From a virus (lineage: Duplodnaviria > Caudoviricetes), in the IMG/VR virus record IMGVR_UViG_3300030207_003146, positions 1 to 35,177 of that record: DNA of 35,177 bases; one strand, written 5' to 3'. The position numbers and the translations under genes are program-made. The notes beneath the pieces were generated by a model. It was not told the DNA's origin and did not search any database. It saw only the letters and a list, made by a program, of their open reading frames with translations. Position 1 is the first letter of the stretch; each line of letters starts with the position of its first letter. This document shows, one piece after another, positions 26,901-35,019 of the stretch.

Positions 26901-29900
26901 ACTGGAGACGAAATATTAAACCTAGGTATGCAAGCTTTTATAGCTGGTGGTTTAGGTAGTAGAATAACTAATCCTAATGCTTACGCTTCTTATACTAATT
27001 TAGAATCTTTATATTTAGCTGGATTAGATCCTGAGGGTACTAACAAGTTTTTAGATACTCAGGTAAAAAATAAAACTATTTCTTTAGAACAAAAACAGCA
27101 AATCTTAAATGACATAGCAGCTGTAAAAAGAACTGCAGGTAAAATTCCTAAATGGGTTTCTTCAGATAAACAACTAGAGGTAATGAGATTACAAGATAAA
27201 ATCGATACCTTAAAAAGAAATAAAAAAGAAGCCGCATCAGATTACTATGTTGAACTTTTGGATAAACAAATAAAAGGTGCGGAAGCAGAAATGAGAAATC
27301 TTTTAGAACCTGATGTTATTAAATTGTTTAGTAAAATAAATGTAGGAGTTGAAAAAATAGCAGGAGATATTGGTCAAAAGTTTTTCTCAGGTACTTTGTC
27401 TGAAATAGAACAAAAAATTGAAGAAATACAAAAAGCAAATCCAGGAAGAAAAATTAATGTTGATAAGTCAAGCGCTACTGATTATGGTGTGTTTGTTACG
27501 GTAGATGCTGTTGTAGATGATAACGGTAGTATTATACAAGAAGAAGAAAATTATTTACTTGTAAATGAAGATGAAGCTTTAAAAGATAGAATGTTTGCTA
27601 CTGGTCAACATGAAGGATTCCATGGACTAGTAAGAGCATTTGTTAGAAAATATAAAGCTGATATGTTAGCTTGGGAACAAGGTGGAAGAAAAGGTAAAAA
27701 ACCTGAGAATGTAGTAAGTAAATTAGCTGTTTCTTTATTAAATGAATTAAGAAATAATAAGAATATAATTTTTAATAATACTGAAGCTGGAAGAGAATTA
27801 CAAGCAAGAATAGAACAATATGTGTTAGATGAAAATGTTGATCCTGAAGTAGCATTAGAAGAAATAATGACATTGTTTAGTGAAGCATTAACATATGGAG
27901 ATGTTGAAGTAGATGTAGGTTTTATTGGTAAACTTCAAGATATTTTTAGAAGATTTTTTAATTACTTTGGAGCTAATGTTACAATTAAAGACGGTAACGA
28001 TGTTGTTAATTTAATAAGAGATTATAATAGACTTGTAGAAAAAGGTAAAGGAGCAAAAGGATTTTTAGGTAAAGATAGTGGAATAATGAAGTTTGCTAAA
28101 GGTGAAGCTGATATTAAACTAGGTGAAGTAGATGTAGAAACTGAAATAGAAACTATAGGAAAGAAAAGAATAAAACAAAAGCTTGAAAACATACAAAAAG
28201 ATAGAGCTAAATCTAAACGTAAACCTAAAGGTAAAAAATCTAAGAAACTAGATCTTGATACAGCAACAACTAGTTGGCAAAAAGGTGAAGATATTGATAT
28301 TGAAAATGTTATTATACCTCAATTAGAAGCTGCAGTTATATCTGCACTAGACAGATGGGGTGTTACTGGTGGTAGAAACGTAAACCCTGATACTTGGAGA
28401 AGAAAAGATGTAATGAAAGAATTAAAACAAGAAGTTGGAAAAGAACTTTGGAGTTTTATGGAAAACTTTGATAGATCTAAGAGTTCTGCTACTACATATT
28501 CTAATAATCTAGCTTTAAGAATTGGTCCAAGATTAATAGAAATGTTTGCAACTAAAGGTAAAAGTTTAGATAAAATGCAAGAGGAAAAAGGTTTTACTCC
28601 TCAAACAGTAGAAACAAAAGATTTTGATGAAAATCAAGATGAAGATTTAGGAAGACCTTTAATATATCCTACAGAAATAGATGCTATTTCAGGTGAGATA
28701 GAAGCATTAGTAGAACCTATGATAAATAAAATTGTCGATAAGTTAGTAGGAAAAGGAGGGTTTTTTCCTAGCATTGTAGGTAAAAGAGCTGGAGATATAT
28801 ATACTAGAATGGGTAACAAAACAGCTAATCAAAAGAAAAAAGCGAATCAACGTATTACTCCTACACCAGAACAATTAGTTAAATATCTTATTAACTATGC
28901 TACTAAAAGTACTGATGTAAGAGCTGATATTAAATCTATTATTGGTAAATATTCTGACGCACAATATGAAGAGTTTGTTAAAAGAGCTGTTAGAGGTGGT
29001 TTAATAAAAGCAATTCCTATTAAAACTATAAAACGTAGGTTCAAGAATGTTAAAGGATTTGAATTAAAGAAAACATTTAGACAAGACAATGTTCAATATT
29101 ATGAAGTACCACGTGTAAGTGAAAATGCTTTAATAGATTATTTAGTAGGACCAGAGGTATCTGGAGATAATATAAAAGGTAGAGATAAAAGATATAATTC
29201 TTTTGTTAGCATGCTAGCAGAAGGTATTATGGTAGAAACTTTAGGTAATTTAAAAAATAATTCTACATTTATGAGAAGATTAGGAGATTTATTAGAAATA
29301 AATAATTCTCCACTTACGGCTCAAGAATTTATTACTGAAGTAGAAAACTTATTAGATGCTAGAACTGTAGAAAAAGCTTCATTAGACAATGTTAAAGCAA
29401 GTAAAAAGCTTAACAAAGAAACAATGGAAGAGTTAGGTCAGTCAAAAGATATTAATAAAACTAAACGTATATTAAATATTCCTAATTTAAACATAAATAA
29501 TTATACTAGTAATACTTCTAATGTAGATTTAGAAAAAGCTTATAAAAAATTAGTAAAAATACAAGAAACTTTAGAGGACAATGTTAGTACGTATAATATT
29601 ACTGCTAATACTTTAAATGGAGCTAGTATGACAAATTTTGGAGCATTAGCAAAATATACTGAAGGAAGTCAAGATCTTAAAAAACAAGGGGTTAAAGGTT
29701 TTAAAAAGTCCTATGCTGTAATTAATACTAACACTGGAAAGTTAAGATGGGTAGAAGTAAAACCAGTTAAAGTTGAAACCAAAAATGGTAAAATAAAAAT
29801 TAGATGGGAACAAACTGGGGATATTATGAAAGATCCTAAAAGATTTAATCCTACTAGAGATACATTTTTACCAGCTTCAAAAGGAAAAGATGCAATATAT

Positions 29901-32900
29901 TGGGGCACTAATGATCCAGCTTATCAAAGACTTAGAAAATTAGCACAAGTAAATACTAAGTTATTAAATCGTAGTAGACCTAGAAACTCACAGGTAAAAT
30001 TACCTGCAGGAAAAGTTATAACTGCAAAATGGTTTAATGCTAAAGTTAGAAACACAACCAATGAAAAAAGAATGAATAACAACATGGATGTGTTAGAAGA
30101 AGCTGTATTAGAATTAGAAGCAGCTCATGCTAATGGTATGGGAATGGAATATATAACGCTATTTATTACTGGTGCTTATCAAGCAACTTCTGGAATGATT
30201 AAAACAGCCGCGCCTTTCTTATATGTACATACTGATTTAAAACCAGGTGAGCAATTTAGAGAAGAACATAATCCACCAGCTTCGGTTATAGGATCTTATT
30301 TATTGTATGGTATTCAACAAAACGAAGCAGCTACTATGATGGATATAGTTAGAAAAGTATTTCATCAAAGTCAAATACCTATAAGCGTGGACAATATGCT
30401 TAATGTAGAGTTTAAAGAAACTATACCTAAAGGCACAACATTAGAAAACGGTGGAGATGTAAGAATTATAGATGCTGGCATAGATTTAAATAAATTACGT
30501 AATCCTAAAAGTAAACAAACTTTAGCAGATGTTTTAAAACTTCCTTTAAAACCAGGAGATAGAAATGCTGATAGTGTAAACGAGCAACGCAATATAGCTA
30601 GAAAAACTTTAGTTGCTGATGAAAATGGAAAATTATTAAGCCCAACAGAAGGTAGAAAAGAATTAAGAGCTAGTAAAAAGGTGAACTCTGACTCAGCTAA
30701 GCAAGTAAACAACAATAAAGACAATTTACTTCCTTTAATAAAAAGAAATAGCAGCACAGAAGAATCTATAGAGGTCATGAGTAATGCAGATAAAGCTCAA
30801 ATTGAAGGTAAAAAATATGAAAAACCTAAAAAAGGAATAAGTGTATTTGATTTTGATGATACAATAGCTTATAGTAAAAGCAAGGTTATTGTTAACATGG
30901 GTGATCAAACATTTGAAATTACTCCAGCTGAATTTGCAAGAACCGCAGAAGATTTAGAAGCACAAGGAGCAACTTTTAATTTTGATCAGTTTAACAAAGT
31001 AATTGATGGAAGAAAAGGTCCTTTAGCAGATTTAGCTTTAAAACGTCAAGGGAAATTTGGTAGTGGTGATATATTTATATTAACTGCTAGACCACAAGCA
31101 TCGGCAGAAGCTATTCATACGTTTTTAAATGGTATTGGTTTAGAAATACCAATTGAAAATATAACTGGTTTAGAAAATGGTAGTCCAGAAGCAAAAGCGT
31201 TATGGATATTAGAAAAAACAGCACAAGGATATAATGATTTTTATTTTGCTGATGATTCATTACCTAATGTACAAGCAGTAAAAAATATATTAGATCAAGT
31301 AGATGTTAAATCTAAAGTTCAACAAGCTAAAGCTAGTAAAAAAATAGATTTAGATAAAGACTTTAACGTAATTATAGAACAACAAAGCGGTAAAGAATGG
31401 TATAAAACTTATTCTAGAGCAAGAGCACAAGTAGAAGGTAAAGCTTCAAATAAATTTGAATTCTTTATTCCACCTTCAGCAGAGGACTTTTTAGGACTAA
31501 TGTATAAAATAGTACCAAAAGGAAAAGACGGTGATAGAGCGTTAGCATGGATTCAAGATAATTTAGTTGATCCTTTTAATAAAGCAGAACAAGCAATTAT
31601 TACTGCTCAAATAGCTGTAGCTAATGATTTTCAAGCATTAAGAGATGGTTTAGATAATATTCCTTCTAATCTACAAGATCAATCAGGTTTTAGTAATTTT
31701 ACATGGTCTCAAGCATTAAGAGTTTATATATGGAACATGCAAGGTATGGACATACCTGGATTATCTGCAAGAGATAGAAATGGATTAATTAAATTAATAG
31801 AATCTAATCCTGATATGAAAGTGTTTGCAGAAAAAATTGCTTTTATACAGAAAGAAAGTAAATATCCTAAACCTGATAATAATTGGGTGGCTGGTAGTAT
31901 TACTGGTGATATTATAAATAGTATTCAAAAAACCTATAGAGGTGAAGCTCTTCAAGAATGGCAACAAAATGTAGATATTATATTCTCTGAAAAGAATATG
32001 AATAAGTTAGAGGCTATTTACGGTAGTAATTTTGTAAGAGCTTTAAGAGATATATTAGGTAGAATGAAGCGTGGTAGCAATAGAGCTATTAGCGATAATC
32101 CTCAAGTTGATAATGTAGTAGACTGGTTAAATAATTCTGTTGGTACTGTAATGTTCTTAAATAGAAAGTCAGCTTTATTACAGTTAATATCAAATGTTAA
32201 TTTTTTAAACTGGAGTGATAATAACATTATTGCCGCTGGTAAAGCTTTTGCTAATCAACCACAGTATTGGAAAGATGTAATGTATTTAATGAATTCAGAT
32301 TACTTAGTACAAAGACGTAACGGTATGAAAATAAACGTTGCTGAATCTGAAATTGCTGAAGCATCAAAAAAAGGAGGATTTAAAGGTGTTGTATCTTATT
32401 TATTAAATAAAGGTTTTATATTTACAAGAATAGCAGATAGTTTAGCAATCGCAACTGGTGGAGCTACTTTTTATAGAAATAGAAAAAATAGATTATTAAA
32501 AGAAATAAATACCGACACAGGTAAATTATATACTGAAGCAGAAGCTGAAGCAATAGCTTTTAATGATTTTTATAAGGTTTCTGAAGAAAGTCAACAGTCA
32601 AGTAGAACTGATAGAATTTCAATGCAGCAAGCTAGTGGATTAGGTAGGTTAGTATTAAACTTTGCTAACACGCCTATGCAGTACGCTAGAATAATAAAAA
32701 AATCTACAGCTGATCTATTAGCTGGAAGAGGAGATTGGAGAACAAATGTAAGTAAAATATTATACTATGGTTTAGTACAAAACTTAATATTCAACGGTTT
32801 ACAACAAGCGTTATTTGCATCTGCATTTGATGAAGAAGATAAAGATAAAAGAGATCTTGAGTCTAAAACATATGATATTGGTTTTGGTATGTTAAGCTCA

Positions 32901-33512
32901 TTGCTTAGAGGATTAGGTTATGGTGGAGCATTAGTAGATACTTTAATTGCAGTAGGAAGAGAAATTAATAACCAAAGTAATAAAAAATCTCCTGATTATG
33001 AAGAAGCTGTTTGGAACGTATTTGATTTTTCTCCTTCTATAGATTCTAAGGTTAGAAAGTTAAGATCAGCATCTAACACTCCAAAATATAATAGAGAAGA
33101 AATAAAACGTAGAGGTTGGAGTTTAGAAAATCCTGCTTATTTAATGGCTGGTCAAATAGTTTCAGCAACAGTCAATGTACCTTTAGACAACGCTTTAAGA
33201 ATGGCTATGAGTGTAAAACAAGCTTCGGATAGAGATACTGCTACTTGGCAAAGATTAGGATTAGTGTTTGGTTGGAGTAGTTGGCAATTAAACCTTCCTT
33301 ACTGGGGAACTACGAGTACAATTGAAACTGAAAGACTAGAAGACGAAGCTATTAAAAAGAAGTATGACGATGATGCTAGAAAATTAAAAACTCAAGGATT
33401 TAAAAGAATACCTATGACGCGTGGTAAACCAGATGGTGTATTAATAGAGGATTATATTGAAGTTACTAGACCTAATGGTAAAATAGAATATTGGTTAACC
33501 CCTAAAGAATAA
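23997..33512 (+). CDS. Giant multidomain (polyvalent) putative ejection protein: zincin + sigma-like + HAD phosphatase + C-terminal helical domain
   Basis: 3171 aa. HEGFH at 27609-27623 with downstream EE at 27858-27863. ECF sigma region-2-like segment at about 28275-28570. HAD motifs DFDDT (30849), TAR (31083), K (31194) and DD (31251). Hydrophobic helices near the C-terminus. Confidence 0.8.
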   Translation: MPIIPNNVTSILDEYFEQNPVKETEEEIVEEVQDQPVDTDVVETEIEEHPMQQQWNSIMEGAVKDPEVEKSLPIYGQQIDLGWKNMSFTMPTYVETVFDDENQLFIVENLPEDKKEEAEQFNLQMKQQQELIAKQQEEWNKFTAKGGPGEIILSEDENTEYMWNLIDDEPYVEYSARTKGEEDWRTLSIDDENQEDIIGALTSFGHIDEGDITTTTRYNLSKDKINRTQQYVQLGWAPDDTVDKDLYDRLTFKKEPNFASDKIIEVNKEYNLVNGKMNFPGINKDYIKDVIAAEDLDNPFPYTYYYVNNEKKNSIDTFFDTFYPNLFKELEKENEEEYKRRVADFKGWLAKDDIPEDLRELVKISDLMGPFGEFSNEGWDLLDIAFQNAASSTPMGNSITQMRGLLTSALNIYLNENDESPIVDQIKKALNIFQGSDGSGEEGDIALGMQLSSYVENYMADVNTRLNKAVKLNDLLGRDELPDELKSKTKTVTEWDLGETKFDPKTMTTKEVTTEYTIDEALKELKVDKEGKPLGPYSYFSGNDWRAYQAENYPAYFNKLEDIALKRQEKKLRQQQTGTSILDGLGDVIYNFPAAIRQDLRDIPLTVTGWIAEAAGWAEKKITGDDFSYIQGVSKGMQRKEDVKVELDKQLRDYGGYGIITGKAFNYNGVRFIRDDQGIVYDADSNFMVGPDDFPATLDEETGEIIDPWKEITKGLDESTETVADFSLRGAAATTSTVFGHLATQILLTRGVGLLTAPARASLLARLNGFKNVSQFKVAEQFAKQANKLNPKAPPINYYKLPIKQYMVDAIIAQGMYFSQIGYNDVRRQGTKAGMNSNEVEALAQQASLLYAGIGMITAPIAPLAKWNQAATNSLRAAATKNSILGTLGRGSFIDNVKNVGLRPALTTLGNNLKNWGFKQLPKTQMFLYEGGRETVQEIIQEVSTTYGVGSRLNKKVNRERAPFKEAMTGDEILNLGMQAFIAGGLGSRITNPNAYASYTNLESLYLAGLDPEGTNKFLDTQVKNKTISLEQKQQILNDIAAVKRTAGKIPKWVSSDKQLEVMRLQDKIDTLKRNKKEAASDYYVELLDKQIKGAEAEMRNLLEPDVIKLFSKINVGVEKIAGDIGQKFFSGTLSEIEQKIEEIQKANPGRKINVDKSSATDYGVFVTVDAVVDDNGSIIQEEENYLLVNEDEALKDRMFATGQHEGFHGLVRAFVRKYKADMLAWEQGGRKGKKPENVVSKLAVSLLNELRNNKNIIFNNTEAGRELQARIEQYVLDENVDPEVALEEIMTLFSEALTYGDVEVDVGFIGKLQDIFRRFFNYFGANVTIKDGNDVVNLIRDYNRLVEKGKGAKGFLGKDSGIMKFAKGEADIKLGEVDVETEIETIGKKRIKQKLENIQKDRAKSKRKPKGKKSKKLDLDTATTSWQKGEDIDIENVIIPQLEAAVISALDRWGVTGGRNVNPDTWRRKDVMKELKQEVGKELWSFMENFDRSKSSATTYSNNLALRIGPRLIEMFATKGKSLDKMQEEKGFTPQTVETKDFDENQDEDLGRPLIYPTEIDAISGEIEALVEPMINKIVDKLVGKGGFFPSIVGKRAGDIYTRMGNKTANQKKKANQRITPTPEQLVKYLINYATKSTDVRADIKSIIGKYSDAQYEEFVKRAVRGGLIKAIPIKTIKRRFKNVKGFELKKTFRQDNVQYYEVPRVSENALIDYLVGPEVSGDNIKGRDKRYNSFVSMLAEGIMVETLGNLKNNSTFMRRLGDLLEINNSPLTAQEFITEVENLLDARTVEKASLDNVKASKKLNKETMEELGQSKDINKTKRILNIPNLNINNYTSNTSNVDLEKAYKKLVKIQETLEDNVSTYNITANTLNGASMTNFGALAKYTEGSQDLKKQGVKGFKKSYAVINTNTGKLRWVEVKPVKVETKNGKIKIRWEQTGDIMKDPKRFNPTRDTFLPASKGKDAIYWGTNDPAYQRLRKLAQVNTKLLNRSRPRNSQVKLPAGKVITAKWFNAKVRNTTNEKRMNNNMDVLEEAVLELEAAHANGMGMEYITLFITGAYQATSGMIKTAAPFLYVHTDLKPGEQFREEHNPPASVIGSYLLYGIQQNEAATMMDIVRKVFHQSQIPISVDNMLNVEFKETIPKGTTLENGGDVRIIDAGIDLNKLRNPKSKQTLADVLKLPLKPGDRNADSVNEQRNIARKTLVADENGKLLSPTEGRKELRASKKVNSDSAKQVNNNKDNLLPLIKRNSSTEESIEVMSNADKAQIEGKKYEKPKKGISVFDFDDTIAYSKSKVIVNMGDQTFEITPAEFARTAEDLEAQGATFNFDQFNKVIDGRKGPLADLALKRQGKFGSGDIFILTARPQASAEAIHTFLNGIGLEIPIENITGLENGSPEAKALWILEKTAQGYNDFYFADDSLPNVQAVKNILDQVDVKSKVQQAKASKKIDLDKDFNVIIEQQSGKEWYKTYSRARAQVEGKASNKFEFFIPPSAEDFLGLMYKIVPKGKDGDRALAWIQDNLVDPFNKAEQAIITAQIAVANDFQALRDGLDNIPSNLQDQSGFSNFTWSQALRVYIWNMQGMDIPGLSARDRNGLIKLIESNPDMKVFAEKIAFIQKESKYPKPDNNWVAGSITGDIINSIQKTYRGEALQEWQQNVDIIFSEKNMNKLEAIYGSNFVRALRDILGRMKRGSNRAISDNPQVDNVVDWLNNSVGTVMFLNRKSALLQLISNVNFLNWSDNNIIAAGKAFANQPQYWKDVMYLMNSDYLVQRRNGMKINVAESEIAEASKKGGFKGVVSYLLNKGFIFTRIADSLAIATGGATFYRNRKNRLLKEINTDTGKLYTEAEAEAIAFNDFYKVSEESQQSSRTDRISMQQASGLGRLVLNFANTPMQYARIIKKSTADLLAGRGDWRTNVSKILYYGLVQNLIFNGLQQALFASAFDEEDKDKRDLESKTYDIGFGMLSSLLRGLGYGGALVDTLIAVGREINNQSNKKSPDYEEAVWNVFDFSPSIDSKVRKLRSASNTPKYNREEIKRRGWSLENPAYLMAGQIVSATVNVPLDNALRMAMSVKQASDRDTATWQRLGLVFGWSSWQLNLPYWGTTSTIETERLEDEAIKKKYDDDARKLKTQGFKRIPMTRGKPDGVLIEDYIEVTRPNGKIEYWLTPKE

Positions 33513-33516
33513 AAAT

Positions 33517-33594
33517 ATGAAAAAGTTTATTGACAAGTTACAGCAAGCTTGGAACAAATTGCTATATAAATTAATGTTTAAAAAATATAAATAA
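33517..33594 (+). CDS. 25-aa cationic amphipathic peptide (not in ORF track)
   Basis: MKKFIDKLQQAWNKLLYKLMFKKYK. It starts 4 nt after the upstream stop and ends 1 nt before the next ATG, filling the gap. Confidence 0.7.
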   Translation: MKKFIDKLQQAWNKLLYKLMFKKYK

Positions 33595-33595
33595 A

Positions 33596-33826
33596 ATGAA
33601 AAATCTGATTTTAATCTTATTATTATCTTTTTCTTTAACAATTAGTGCGCATGAAAAATGTGTAACAACTAATGTTGAAAAAGTAGGTGAATACAAGGTA
33701 AAAGTAATTAAGAAAAACACATGTGGTGATACAACGGTTATAAAAATTCAAGTTTTCTTGAAAAAAGATTGGGATGCACTGCAGAAAAAAAGAAAACAAA
33801 GAAACAAAAAACGAAGAAATAAATAA
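33596..33826 (+). CDS. Small exported protein with signal peptide and polybasic C-terminus
   Basis: MKNLILILLLSFSLTISA signal, two Cys and a KKRKQRNKKRRNK tail. Coupled to the next gene by TAATG. Confidence 0.7.
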   Translation: MKNLILILLLSFSLTISAHEKCVTTNVEKVGEYKVKVIKKNTCGDTTVIKIQVFLKKDWDALQKKRKQRNKKRRNK

Positions 33827-35013
33827 TGAAAAAATTATTAGCAATTATTTTATTAATAAGTTTCTCTTTAACTGGTCAAGAAAAAGAAAAGAAAAACTTA
33901 TTTAAAAATTTTTATGAAGACTTTTTAAAATATGGTACATTATATGTAGCCGGAGATATTAAAAATTCTAAAGAAAATGCGCCTGTATATTTTGTAAGAA
34001 CTAATCCAAACGGAAGCTTGTATGATGTTCCAGTTGTAGTAGACGGAACACCTGAATTTGAGCATGATTATCGTTATGGTTTTGGTATTAGAAAAATAGC
34101 AAGGTTTGATTATGAACTTAAAGGCAAACAATATTACGATGGAACTGAATCTAACGTATCTATGACTGCTCCTAATTCATCTATTAAAGGTTTAGAATAC
34201 GTAGTACATATTGAAAAAGAAAGAGTCAGAGATGAAGTTTTTAAAAATCATAGATATTTGCTAAAACATAGTGGTAAATACCATATTGTAAAAGTAGAAA
34301 GTAGAAAACAAGGTAAAGTTAATTTTGATTATAAATCAGCAGAAGTAAGAGCTAAGTTACCTATTGGTAAAAAGTTTAGTTTATCAGCTGGGGCTATTTA
34401 TCGTACTCATGAAAGACCTTATGGATATAATCCGGTAGAAATATGGTTAAACGAAACTGATTCAAATGGATACGCTGTAAATCCTTGGTATACTCTGGGA
34501 TTCTATTATGGTTATGACGATATTTATTATACATATACTGATCAATATGATAATGAGGTGTCTGATTGGTATTGGATAAATCCTGAAGGCGAAACTGTAG
34601 CTTATACTGATCTACAATTTAGACAAACAGTATTTACTAGTTTAATGAATCGTTTTAATAATGAAATATGGGAAGAAATAGATGCTTTTGGAGTTATATC
34701 TCCTGTGGTCGGTTTTGACTATTATCATTATAAAAATAATTTTTGGCTTCATGCTTATGGATCTTACCTATTACCATATCATGATTACGTAAAAGGCGAC
34801 GAGGCTTTTAGTTATCATAATAGAAACAATTGGGGTTTAGGAGGATTAATAGAAGATGCTGAAAAAGAACAATGGGAGGACTTCCAAACCGGAGTACAAT
34901 TTGGTTGGAAACTGAGTAAAAACATAGGAATATTCTTTGAAGGCGAATATACTAAGTTTTGGGATACTAAAATATATAATAGTTCAGTTGGTCTGAACAT
35001 AACACTAAAATAA
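33826..35013 (+). CDS. Putative outer-membrane beta-barrel protein
   Basis: Signal peptide plus many amphipathic aromatic-rich strands (YRYGFGIRK, FSLSAGAIYR, VVGFDYYHY, FQTGVQFGWK, IGIFFEGEY) and a terminal strand SSVGLNITLK. Confidence 0.6.
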   Translation: MKKLLAIILLISFSLTGQEKEKKNLFKNFYEDFLKYGTLYVAGDIKNSKENAPVYFVRTNPNGSLYDVPVVVDGTPEFEHDYRYGFGIRKIARFDYELKGKQYYDGTESNVSMTAPNSSIKGLEYVVHIEKERVRDEVFKNHRYLLKHSGKYHIVKVESRKQGKVNFDYKSAEVRAKLPIGKKFSLSAGAIYRTHERPYGYNPVEIWLNETDSNGYAVNPWYTLGFYYGYDDIYYTYTDQYDNEVSDWYWINPEGETVAYTDLQFRQTVFTSLMNRFNNEIWEEIDAFGVISPVVGFDYYHYKNNFWLHAYGSYLLPYHDYVKGDEAFSYHNRNNWGLGGLIEDAEKEQWEDFQTGVQFGWKLSKNIGIFFEGEYTKFWDTKIYNSSVGLNITLK

Positions 35014-35019
35014 ATAAAA

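Noticed and set aside
30846-30863. DFDDT read as a crAss-like virion RNA polymerase catalytic motif (DxDxD)
   Set aside because: The motif is DxDxT after a hydrophobic strand and is followed by HAD motifs II-IV. I saw no DFDGD/DFDID or other polymerase motif.
32358-32375. EASKKG as a fifth junction motif in the giant protein
   Set aside because: It lacks the leading basic and trailing hydrophobic residues and lies within the apparently continuous C-terminal domain.
1031-35000. All minus-strand ORFs in the track (e.g. 1302..1616, 4305..4619, 30371..30778)
   Set aside because: They are short, lie antisense to longer coherent + strand genes, and have the F/L/S/I-rich composition typical of shadow ORFs.
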